Shown here: positions 52,618 through 64,000 of the stretch, in pieces | Numbering within the stretch: the first letter of the stretch is position 1 | How the letters are laid out: every line of letters starts with the position of its first letter | Assembly: GCA_012295275.1 (NCBI GenBank) | Contig: CM022674.1 | Location: 8,184,001 to 8,248,000 of the forward strand | Source: Chrysomallon squamiferum | Taxonomy: Eukaryota > Animalia > Mollusca | Reading direction: 5' to 3' | DNA: 64,000 nucleotides | Translations under genes and position numbers: made by a program | Notes under the pieces: model-generated | Database searches by the model: none | What the model saw: only the letters and a program-made list of their open reading frames with translations | Told to the model about the DNA's origin: nothing

Positions 52618-52700
52618 GGCAGTAATAAAGGATCGGAGAGAAAATCGACTGTAAAATTGTCACGAAATGTTATCGATGAATAAATGAAGCCACTCTGTCT
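52618..52700 (-). other. GART: Probable non-coding first exon (5' UTR) of GART; 5' end approximate
   Basis: ATG exon begins at an acceptor, so an upstream exon is required; consensus donor CC|GTAAGTA at 52617-52611 where CpGs reappear. Confidence 0.6.
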
Positions 52701-52960
52701 GTAAACAATGTATTACCACGCGTAGTAGGTTAATGCAAATTTCCCGCTGGGCCTTCATAGCGCATAACACATAAAGGGAGATAACTCCAAAGTGCTCATC
52801 ATCGCTCAAAAAACGATTTCTCTTCGTTCGGTTTGATTAAAATAAAATCCACACTCAAATCATTGAAATGAAATTGTGTTATTTAACAGAGTCATTTAAA
52901 TAAAAATAATAATTCTGCCATTTTCAAGTAATTCGTTAATTATTGTTCATCCAATCAGAG
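52660..52960 (-). promoter_or_regulatory. Probable GART promoter
   Basis: CpG-richer patch with E2F-type TTTCCCGC (52740-52747), non-canonical E-box CACGCG (52717-52722), octamer ATGCAAAT (52733-52740), DRE-like TATCGATG (52671-52678), CCAATCAG (52951). Confidence 0.55.
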
Positions 52961-53094
52961 ATAAGAACTTAATAAATTTGGTTGATTTATATTTAAAAGG
53001 AATAAAGTGTTTATTCTATGTATCTTGTGTGTTTACATATTCAAAATATTTTCCTTTCTCATAATATTTCTCAGTACTAAACTTTACACTTGAG

Positions 53095-53155
53095 TCTTTA
53101 GGGCATACAATCAAGGAGTTGGCCCCGGGCATCATCAGACCTCTGCACGACACTG
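53095..53155. mobile_element. Possible single terminus of a DNA transposon/MITE
   Basis: Isolated GC-rich patch GCCCCGGGCATCATCAGACCTCTGCACGACACTG ending in CACTG as in hAT-type TIRs; no matching opposite end seen. Confidence 0.25.
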
Positions 53156-54167
53156 ATCTTACGTGTGTACCTGAGTGAGTTAGGCCATATTAAAATAACA
53201 CGCTGGTATTTCTCAGTTTGGGACGGTACGCTCTATATCTGTCTTATCTAATCTTGTATTATTTACGTGTGTAGAGGAAACACCGTAGCTAACTAAGCAT
53301 TCAGTTCTGCCAATGAATTATGTTTGTATTTCTTGCTATTTTTAAACGAATACAGTTACAAAAATGAAGGGATGTGAAAAGAAAAAGACTGAATTTTGTT
53401 TTCGTTTGACCAAATAAATTATATTATTTGTGTTGTATCAGGGTGTTATATGAATACAGCAATCTGTAACGAAGTAACGTTGTGATATCACGTAAATATG
53501 CAAATAAACGAAAGCACGCAATAATGCACGCACGCACGCACCGAAACGCACACGGCTAACATACATTATTAGACAAACGTAATTTTTTTTTTTTTTCACT
53601 CAATCTCAAAAACGAAAAATCTCAGTATTTTGAAGCTGACGTGGAAAGGAAAAAATATAATAGAAAAAAAGGAAAGAAAACTAAAATAAAGAAAAACAGA
53701 AAAATCAATACGGAACTGATTTTTTGTATAAATGGACTTTAAAGATACACAGTCCTGATTAAATTAATTTTTTAACTTTATCGACTTTTGTGATAATGGT
53801 GCTCGAAACACACTGAAGTGACTTGTTTTAATTCACGCTGAAGGCAGCTTTAATACGTATTTTAAACACTTATTTTAGTGCAATGTGAGAAATTCACTCT
53901 CACTCTTTAATAAACCATAATATGTCACTTCTTTACACACAAACGTAACCAGTGGCAACATATAACTTTGTTACTGAAAACAAAGATGTGTTTTTTATTA
54001 ATGTAAAAACCGGAGGTGTTTACATAGTGGCTACGAAATGGTCCATAGCAAATCGTTTATAACAATCAGTGCACAGCAAAACTAACACGTCTGTGTAACA
54101 AAGTCTGTTTAACAAACAGAGCATGACAATGATTTTCTTTGCTTTTACAAAATATTAATATGGCCAA

Positions 54168-54555
54168 GTATGTATGTATGTGTGTATATACGTGTGTGTA
54201 TGTGTGTATGTATGTATGTATGTATGTATGTATGTATGTGTGTATATACGTGTGTGTATGTGTGTATGTATGTATGTATGTATGTATGTATGTATGTATG
54301 TATGTATGTATGTATGTATGTATGTATGTATGTATGTATGTATGTATGTATGTATGTATGTATGTATGTGTGTATGTATGTATGTATGTATGTATGTATG
54401 TATGTATGTATGTGTGTATATACGTGTGTGTATGTGTGTATGTATGTATGTATGTATGTATGTATGTATGTATGTATGTATGTATGTATGTATGTATGTG
54501 TCTGTGTGTGTGTCTGTATGTATGTATGTATGTGTATGTATGTATGTATGTGTGT

Positions 54556-54587
<32 letters not shown>

Positions 54588-54762
54588 GTATGTATGTATG
54601 TATGTATGTATGTATGTGTGTGTATGTATGTGTATGTACGTATGTATGTATGTGTGTGTATTTATGCATGTGTATGTGTATGTGTATGTGTCTGTGTCTG
54701 TGTCTGTGTCTGTGTCTGTGTCTGTGTCTGTGTCTGTGTCTGTGTCTGTGTCTGTGTGTGTA

Positions 54763-54833
<71 letters not shown>

Positions 54834-54890
54834 GTGTGTGTGTATGTGTGTATATATGTACGTATGTGTGTATGTATGTATGTTTGTATA
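54168..54890. repeat. (TATG)n/(TGTCTG)n/(TGTATG)n compound microsatellite
   Basis: Seen directly; source of the MYVC ORFs. Confidence 0.97.
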
Positions 54891-55463
54891 TTAACTGCTG
54901 TCGGCTGTTTCTGTGATGTTCGTATCGGTCAGTGTTTCGGTTACGTAACTAGAATAACGTTACTTCATCTCGATACAATGACATTGACACGGATAATGAC
55001 TATTAACATCAGTTTACTTTTGACAGTAATTACCCAACCTATAAATATCCCTGCTTGAGCTGCTTTGAGAACGATTATTTCGGATACAGGACAAAACTCG
55101 ACTCAGTCAAAAAACAACAACAACAACAACAACAAAAAACAAATCCGCAGGACCAAATCGCACACGTTTAATCAGTTTTGTTGGCTCTGATAAAATGATC
55201 ACTAAATGACACAATCACTGGAATACGACAGGTTTGTGCATATGGAGGTTACTGTTATATTTGTTTTATGAATAAAAAGAAAGAAAGAAATAAAATACAA
55301 CAAAAAAAACTAAGATTTTCTTTTGTTTGGATTTTGTTTAGTATGACTGTGGCATATTTTGTTATTGTGGTATTTTTACTAATATTCCCCCCCCCCCTCC
55401 GTTACCGACTATTTCTTATTTGCTGAGTGAAAAGACCCCCGTCAAAAACTAAATAAATAAATA

Positions 55464-55500
<37 letters not shown>

Positions 55501-57605
55501 AAGAAAAAATAGAACAACAAGAACGGCTATTTCAGTTACTGGACAGGTGGGAATGAACCGGTGAAATGTGTGGTAGAATAGATTGAAGTCTTTATAAATA
55601 TATATGCAAATCAAAATAAGGTATGAATATCACTGGTATGATTGCAAATGCAGCTTATGAAATCTGGCATGCAGACTTTTCTTCTGAAATAATCAATCTC
55701 GCTTAAATCCCAGTTTGTGAATTATGCCAAGAAAGCGGTTCGCGGTTTAGTTAGCCAACAAAACCACGTCAAGAGATTCTTCAGACGATGTTCAGAGCTC
55801 TGCAAGATACTTGAGTAGTTTGCTTAAATTAACTAATGATTGTTCCTCTCTTATCAAATTCGTGTAAATAGACAGCTTACTGCCAAATCTATGATTATAA
55901 TCTTTATATAAATATATTCATTATCCTTCTTGAATTATACACGAAAAACAGAGTGGAGATACCATTACAAAGGACTGTAGCCTGTGTCAGTATTCTGCAG
56001 CCGATTCCTTATACGAGAAATGCAGAATCAGTTTAAGAATGAAACATTTGTTATTTGATAGAAGCGTGCAAGTCTCAGTTACTTTTTAAACACTTAATTA
56101 TTTTTGAGCTGCAGAAGACTGTTCTAAACAGGTTTGTCTAGTCGTTTGTTTATGTCTTTTAGAACACCCATAGTATCTTTTCTGTTCAAATTAAAGTTGC
56201 CCCGATTAGTCAATCACAAATACTTTCTACTACAACTGTCTGTATCAGTAGATATCAGAGTACATCTTACTGTGAATTTATCATATAATTCACTAATTCG
56301 AGACATCGCCTTTCCAATCAAAGAATTAATCAAATATTTACATTATATTCAAATTTAACAGTTCATAAAATAATTGCATTTAATTTCTTTCCAAACAAAA
56401 TATATTATCTCGCAGATGTCTAGAATCCTTCAGAAATCATCAAATTAATCTAACTCTTAATTAAAGCCCCACATAAAATATGTTTTAATTATTTCATCCA
56501 TTCATCCATTTATTCGTTTCTTTATTCGTTCTCTCATCTATCATTTATCCGTCAATCTATGCATCCATCTATCTATTCATTCATCAGTTCATTCATCCGT
56601 TTATTTATTCGTACGCTTTTGTTCGTCCGTTCAACACAACCATTCGTTCTTCATCTGCCATTCCTTTGTATTCAGTCAGTCAGTCAGTCAGTCAGTCAGC
56701 CTCTCATTCATGACATTCGACTGAGAATCGTGTCTGACTCTTATTAACTTTAATGATGACCGCGGAAACGACAGACAGGATTTCGGACACAGATTGACTT
56801 CGCGTGTTTGAAAACATTTGTTCGAGAGATATGTTAAATGTGCGGCTATCACCTACAAGTTTGAGATTACACGTGATAAATGTTAAATACACTCAGGGTT
56901 AATCTACACGTGTCCAGTTTGTGGTGTTACTGTGAGTGTGACAGAAACACGTGGGAGAATCTACAACGTCGACTAATACTGAGCCAAATTTATTTTCTCC
57001 CAAATATAAGTAAACCACTAATGTTAAGAGACAGTTTTATTAGATTCATTTCATATATGATTAATATATAATATAATTATGTTATGTTAGAAATCCACAT
57101 TTCTATTCTAAAAACATAAAACAAAAACACACAAAAGAACAACAGAATTAATTATATTTGCATTGATTATTTTTAATCATTCAAACATCTGACAGAAAAT
57201 AAGAAGAATAAAACAGACATCTGTGTTACAAAGACATTTCTTAGTCTTCAAAACATCTAATTGTAATTAGGCATTACTTTTATCTATTATATATTATATA
57301 GTCTCTTTTAATCTGTCTGTCTGTCTGTTTTTTCTGTCTTTCTATCTGTATGTCTATCTTAATATCTATCTATCTATCAGTCTGTTTTTCTGTCTGTTTG
57401 TCTCTCTCTCTCTCTCGCTATATATATATAAAACAATAACAGTAATAATAGTGTTTGTTTCTAAATCACGAATAACCTATTCATGTCATATTTGTGTGGT
57501 GATGTATTCAGACTTTGCTTCACAGCAGGAAGCGTATCAGTAGTTTGAAACAGAGCTGACTGTTTGCTTATTGTCTCACTCTGTTATTTTTAGTTTTTTA
57601 GCGTT

Positions 57606-58257
<652 letters not shown>

Positions 58258-59082
58258 AGAATATCTGAAGAACACATAACAGAGACGTAAAACTTTAAGA
58301 CTGAAAAACTGAGATTTCCATTGTAATCACAGACGTTCGGGTTACTGCTCAACCGTAAAGTTACCTTTGTGTTTGGGAAATGTGTAAACAATAGGTTTGT
58401 TTATTAGCAGTAAGTACACGCTAAACCTTGGCGATTTCTTTATTACAAAATGATGAGATTTGTTTTGATGTGGTATCATTTATGGGCTTTTCTCAAATCC
58501 TATTTACCCTAACAGTGAAATGGAACTGGAAGTGGACAAGCTATCTTGTGTTCCTCTTCATTAGACCGATCTGTTAAGTTTTGTGAACCAGTTTAAGATA
58601 AAGACATCTGTTTCAAGGTTAGAAAACAACATCTTTTATAAGAAGAAAAAAGGAAAGAATAAATATATATAATTTGAAAGATTTTATAAAAGATATATAT
58701 CCATATGTAAAATAATAAATTATATAATATACCAAAATAATCATGATTATATATATATATACATTTTTTTTTTTTTTTTATTTTTTTTTTTTTTAGTTAA
58801 ACCAAAATACCAAAATTATTAAAAAATTCTCCAAATAAAATGTCTATTTACAATGTCAGTAATTTCATGTAACGAGTTATGATAACAGAGTTTAAATACG
58901 GTAACTGAAAGTAAAACTTATGTGAGTCATCTCTAAATCCTATATAAGATCAGTTTTCTGTGACGTCAAAAATTTACTATGTCATAAGCAAATACTATGA
59001 CAACAGAAAGCTCTGAATGGCACCAGTAAGATTAACATGACATCAATAAGTTCTGAATGACATCATAAGTTCATCTACTGCT

Positions 59083-59212
59083 GTGTATGAACTCAGTAAA
59101 TTCAACTATGTGGTGTATGAACTCAGTAAATTCAACTGTATGGTGTATGAACTCGGTAACATTCAACTATGTGGTGTATGAACTCAGTAACATTCAACTA
59201 TGTTGTGTATGA
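59083..59212. repeat. About 31-bp repeat, 4 copies
   Basis: GTGTATGAACTCAGTAAATTCAACTATGTG. Confidence 0.88.
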
Positions 59213-59500
59213 CATTAGTAAATGAAATAAGAAAAGAAGACAAATTCAGGTCGAGTAACGTATTTAAAACAGCGGACTTGACTAAACGGAGCGGACTAAA
59301 CGAATCTGTGAGTTGTACAGAAAGCTAAATGTCTCACATTGTACACTGACAATACACTGAGTTCCAGCGGCTCCGTTCGTGACTTTTACACTGCAGTTGT
59401 CAAAGTGTTGTTTTCAGAGATTGTAGCTGCCAGTTTGAAGTACACGCTAATTACCCCCATTCAGCTCCTGCTGCCTGCACGGACACGGACATTATGACGG

Positions 59501-59550
59501 ACTGGTCAGTGTCCACTGGTCAGTGTCCACTGGTCAGTGTCCACTGGTCA
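59501..59550. repeat. 14-bp repeat ACTGGTCAGTGTCC, about 3.5 copies
   Basis: Seen directly. Confidence 0.9.
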
Positions 59551-59691
59551 TTTAGGGACACATCGATTCCAAATGTTTGAGAAGACAAATAGCGTGCAGT
59601 TTGGAGGTTATTCTTCTGGCTTAAAGATTTTCAGTTGTTGACTTGTTTGCAATCTATATGTATATAATATGGATAAATGGATATGTGTGTC

Positions 59692-59728
<37 letters not shown>

Positions 59729-59916
59729 ATGTATGTATGTATGTATGTATGTATGTATGTATGTATGCATGTATGTATGTACCTACGTATGTTGTATTTA
59801 TGTGTGTATGTTCGTACTTATGTTTAGCTATGTATGTATGTATGTATGTACGTATGCATGCATGTATATATGCGAGTGTATATATATTTATGTGTGTGTG
59901 TATTTATGTATGTAAT

Positions 59917-59953
<37 letters not shown>

Positions 59954-61141
59954 ATGGATTTCTGTCAGGCATATATTTAGGATTTATCCGTGTATATTTA
60001 AAATTCAGTTAAATATCTTATTCTAAATCGTGAGACGTTACCTATACCGAGTGTATTTAACATTAATCCCGTGTAACAGGAAACAAATAAATGTAAGACT
60101 TGATTTAAAACTTCTCCTACAGCGATAACTTTAAACACGCGAGGTGAGTCTGTGACTGAACTTTCATAGTCACTGTAAACACTGAATCAACAGCATCACA
60201 CACACACACACACACACACATACACACACACACACACATATAAATAAAACAACAATATTAACATAAACAACAACGACAGTAACAATAACGTCAACAAAAA
60301 CAACAATAATAAAAAAGAAAGATAAAAGAACGCACATACAAACCAACTAATTATCTTCTTCCCGGATATAAAGATTTCAATTATCATTTAGAAAAAAATA
60401 ATATTTTCGCTCGATTTAATATGAGTAAAAATAAATAACCTCCTGTGCTTTGAGAAATGTGTATAGTAATATTACCTATCAGCTAGAGCATATCGAATAA
60501 AATTCATTTATAGCATATTCTTGCTGTACATTTTAATTATATTGTTCTGTCAAGTAGAAGAAATATATTATTATCGGAAATATGTTATTTGTCAAACTTC
60601 GGCAAAGCTTTAAAAAAATAAATAAATAACAGCAGAAGCAGCAACAATAACAATAACAATAATAATAACAGTAATAATAGCTATAGCAACAGTAAGACCA
60701 TTAGCATCATCATCATCACCACAATCACTCTTCCACGACCATCATCTCCTCAACAACAACAACTGAATAACAACGACAACAGCAACAGCTGTATTAATAG
60801 TGTGGGTAAGTTATTGCTGAGCCAAAAAAATAAATAAATAAAAATAAAAATAAAAATAAAAATAAAAATAAAAATAAAAATAAAAATAAAAATAAATAAA
60901 TAAATAAAAATAAAAATATAAATAAATAAATAAATAAATTTAGATTAAAGAGAATAAAATTAAATAAAATTAAATTAAAGCAGCAATAACGTTTGCACCA
61001 AGCAGTAAATATGTGGTAGAAAAATATCAGTGTGCTTGTGTGTGTCGTAGACTTTGTATACGTCTGTGTGTGTAAGAGGTCGTTGATATGTTTCATTTGT
61101 ATCACTCACAGCAATTAGCTTTTATTACTCGAATATAAAAT

Positions 61142-61263
<122 letters not shown>

Positions 61264-63660
61264 GTACAAGAATATTACAAAAATCAATAGATAAATTACT
61301 CTGACAATGAATTCCTTATTCAATTTACGTATCGCTGCATGAAATAATTACATTATTGATATATTAATAAACATTTCTAAACAAGTCTTCCAGTAAAAAG
61401 GAAATTAATTATATAGTTCCATTTCTAAAATGAGAATTAAGTGTTGAGATAAAATAAATCATATAATCCAAATATATAGTGATAATAAAGCGAAGTTGTT
61501 AATCCTATCAGCATAGCGTTATCCATATGTAAAATAATAAACGATAATAATAACCAAAATAATCATGATAATTAACAAAATTATTTTGATTCACTACATA
61601 TTTACAAAGCATATTCCGCCTTTCTGTCATTATGTAACAACACCAGTCTTTCTGTTTGTAGGCATGTGTATATACTGATGCGTTTGTGTGTGTGTGTGTG
61701 TGTGTGTATGTCTGTGTGTAAATAATTGTCATATGGAAACACTGATAACAGAAGCTAGTGTTAAGGTGATTTTATAATTAGATTCCAGTGTAAATCTCTT
61801 TTTTCTAACAACAGGTTCAACAAAACCATGTCCTGGTCTTGTATTAAACTGCAGTTTAAAATTAACTGATAAAAAAATTGTTTTGAAATTAAGCGTGTAA
61901 TTTGAAAAAGTGCTGCAGGTGATCTTTGTCCTGTTTTTCTTGTAAACTGAAATCTGCAGGATGGAAAAAAGAAAACAAGAAAGAAAAAGATAACGGGAAA
62001 AAAAAGACAAATGAAAATGTCGATGTATGAATTAGCCAATCTTTGAGTATGAAAGAGTCAATCATTGCACAGGAAGACATCACATAGTGTGAAGTTTGAA
62101 GTTCCAGTGAAGTCCCAGCTGTGCAAATGAATGACCTGTCCCCTCCAAAGCCTCTATGGTGAAGTTGCAGTCAATAAATCTGCTATTGATGCCCGTAATT
62201 ATTGATTGGCTGGAAGCAGCGCTGATAGCAGTAATTACTTGTCGTTAATTATCTTTCCTCTGTGAGATTTATGTTTGGGGTCAAGAAGAGATATTTGGTC
62301 TTCTGTGCTTCATGAATTCCATTGGATTCTCGGGACAGAGTATAAACTATGGCGATGTCAAGAGATCTCGAATTATCAAGTCGTTTGTACGGCGGGTAGG
62401 ATCCTCATTATAACGCTTTGCTCTCGTGTACTAGTTGCAAAAGTTTACCTCATGATTCGATATTCCAATTTGAGAACGCTTTAACATTTCCAACATTTAC
62501 ATTAAATACAAGAACATCGACGGGAGAATGGAGAAATTGAATTACGTTCTGGCGTTAAAACCCGAGTGTATAATTAAGAAGCGATTATAAAACTCTCAGC
62601 CATAACCTAACTGGCATAATTACAGCGATTGATCTCTGTGGGCCTGTCTCTATCCCTCATGGCACCACACAGCACATTTGATTGATGGCTTAACTCGTTT
62701 TTTTCTCGTTCCAAGCACTATTTCATAATTAGAAAATATGCCATCTTAAGTGCCGCAACTCTGACGTCGGATGTATGTCACACAATTCTCACCCCTCAAA
62801 AAACTACAATCCAAAACAAACAAAAAAAAACAACAACAATCGTAAAACATTTTGTGAATCATATCGAGGTAATTTAAAAATAATAATAATAATAACAAAA
62901 AAATAAAAAATTTATAATTATATTTTTCTTGTGTTTCTAACAGTCTTTACGTTTAAATTAATCATCGATTTTATTTATTTACAGACAGGTAGGCCTAATG
63001 ACGACTAATATATTTTTAATTTTTAGATTAATCTTTTTTCATTGGTCTTATAATTATTTCATTACAAATACATAGCTGGCGCGTGCCGTAATTTATGTCA
63101 ACACAGATTTCTAAATTTACAGTACAAATGTCTTCATAATACAATGTCACATCTGTAAGGTGAGCTTCCAGTGAAACTTCTTTTTCCAATAAACGAAAAA
63201 AAAAAAAATAAAACGACGGGAAAAAAAAAAAAAAATAAATTAAGATAGGTAAGAATTAAAACGAATTTTGTAGAAAATCATTTACATTTGACAGTGAATT
63301 CCAGATTCAATTTACGTATCACAATATAAAATAATTACACTATTGATACATTCTTAAATCATCCATCCATATTATATTTTATCATTTATGTCTGTTTAAA
63401 AATGAATTCGACGTAAATAAATACATTGCTATAAATAAACACATTTAAATAAAAGAAGGTATGTATATAACACACACACACACAGACACACGTTTTTCTA
63501 TTTATTTATAAATACAAAATAACAATACAAGTAAAAAATGTAAATTTATTACTTTTTCAAATCATTTCAAACCAAATTAAATCTTGACGTGAAGAAAATG
63601 ATTTAGCTTAGGATACAAAATAATGAAATACTTATAACACAACTGTTATGTTACCTGTAT

Positions 63661-63741
<81 letters not shown>

Positions 63742-64000
63742 TTCCTTTTTTTATTCGGAATTTAATTTTCAGTAAACGTGAAAAGTTTAGCGTCAACAGT
63801 TTAGAAATCTCGCCTAGACGTGCGATGTGTTTGAAATGCGAATAGAAAATAAACTGTACAGCAGTAATTGGCTTGTCAGTAAGAGACAGGCTTTACTCGG
63901 TAGAGACGAAATATTGATGTGAAAAAGAAAAAAAAAACTTATTTTGTAATATCGTTAAAGCTTCGAGGTCAGACTCTCACATAAATCTGTAAAGAAAACA

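Noticed and set aside
54139-55058. MYVC/HTYI ORFs
   Set aside because: (TATG)n microsatellite artefacts

Overview
AT-rich, microsatellite-dense animal (probably invertebrate; taxon cannot be fixed from sequence) genomic DNA, not prokaryotic. One protein-coding gene is recognisable: trifunctional purine biosynthesis gene GART (GARS/PurD-AIRS/PurM-GART/PurN) on the minus strand. I reconstructed 20 coding exons by hand (50999 to 30856, 3009 nt, 1002 aa plus stop, all phases consistent), with a probable non-coding first exon and promoter at about 52.6-53.0 kb. The rest is non-coding: a Buster-type hAT relic with TIRs and TSD, a hAT-like MITE containing a minisatellite, many mini/microsatellites and some enhancer-like patches. 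Most notable: several GART splice junctions have been copied into the adjacent introns (9 extra acceptors at one exon, 12 extra donor copies at another, 4 extra acceptors at a third, one decayed single copy at a fourth). The gene also needs two GC-AG introns and has an in-frame TAA inside the GARS/AIRS donor that could give a GARS-only isoform. Nearly all long ORFs in the supplied track are repeat artefacts.
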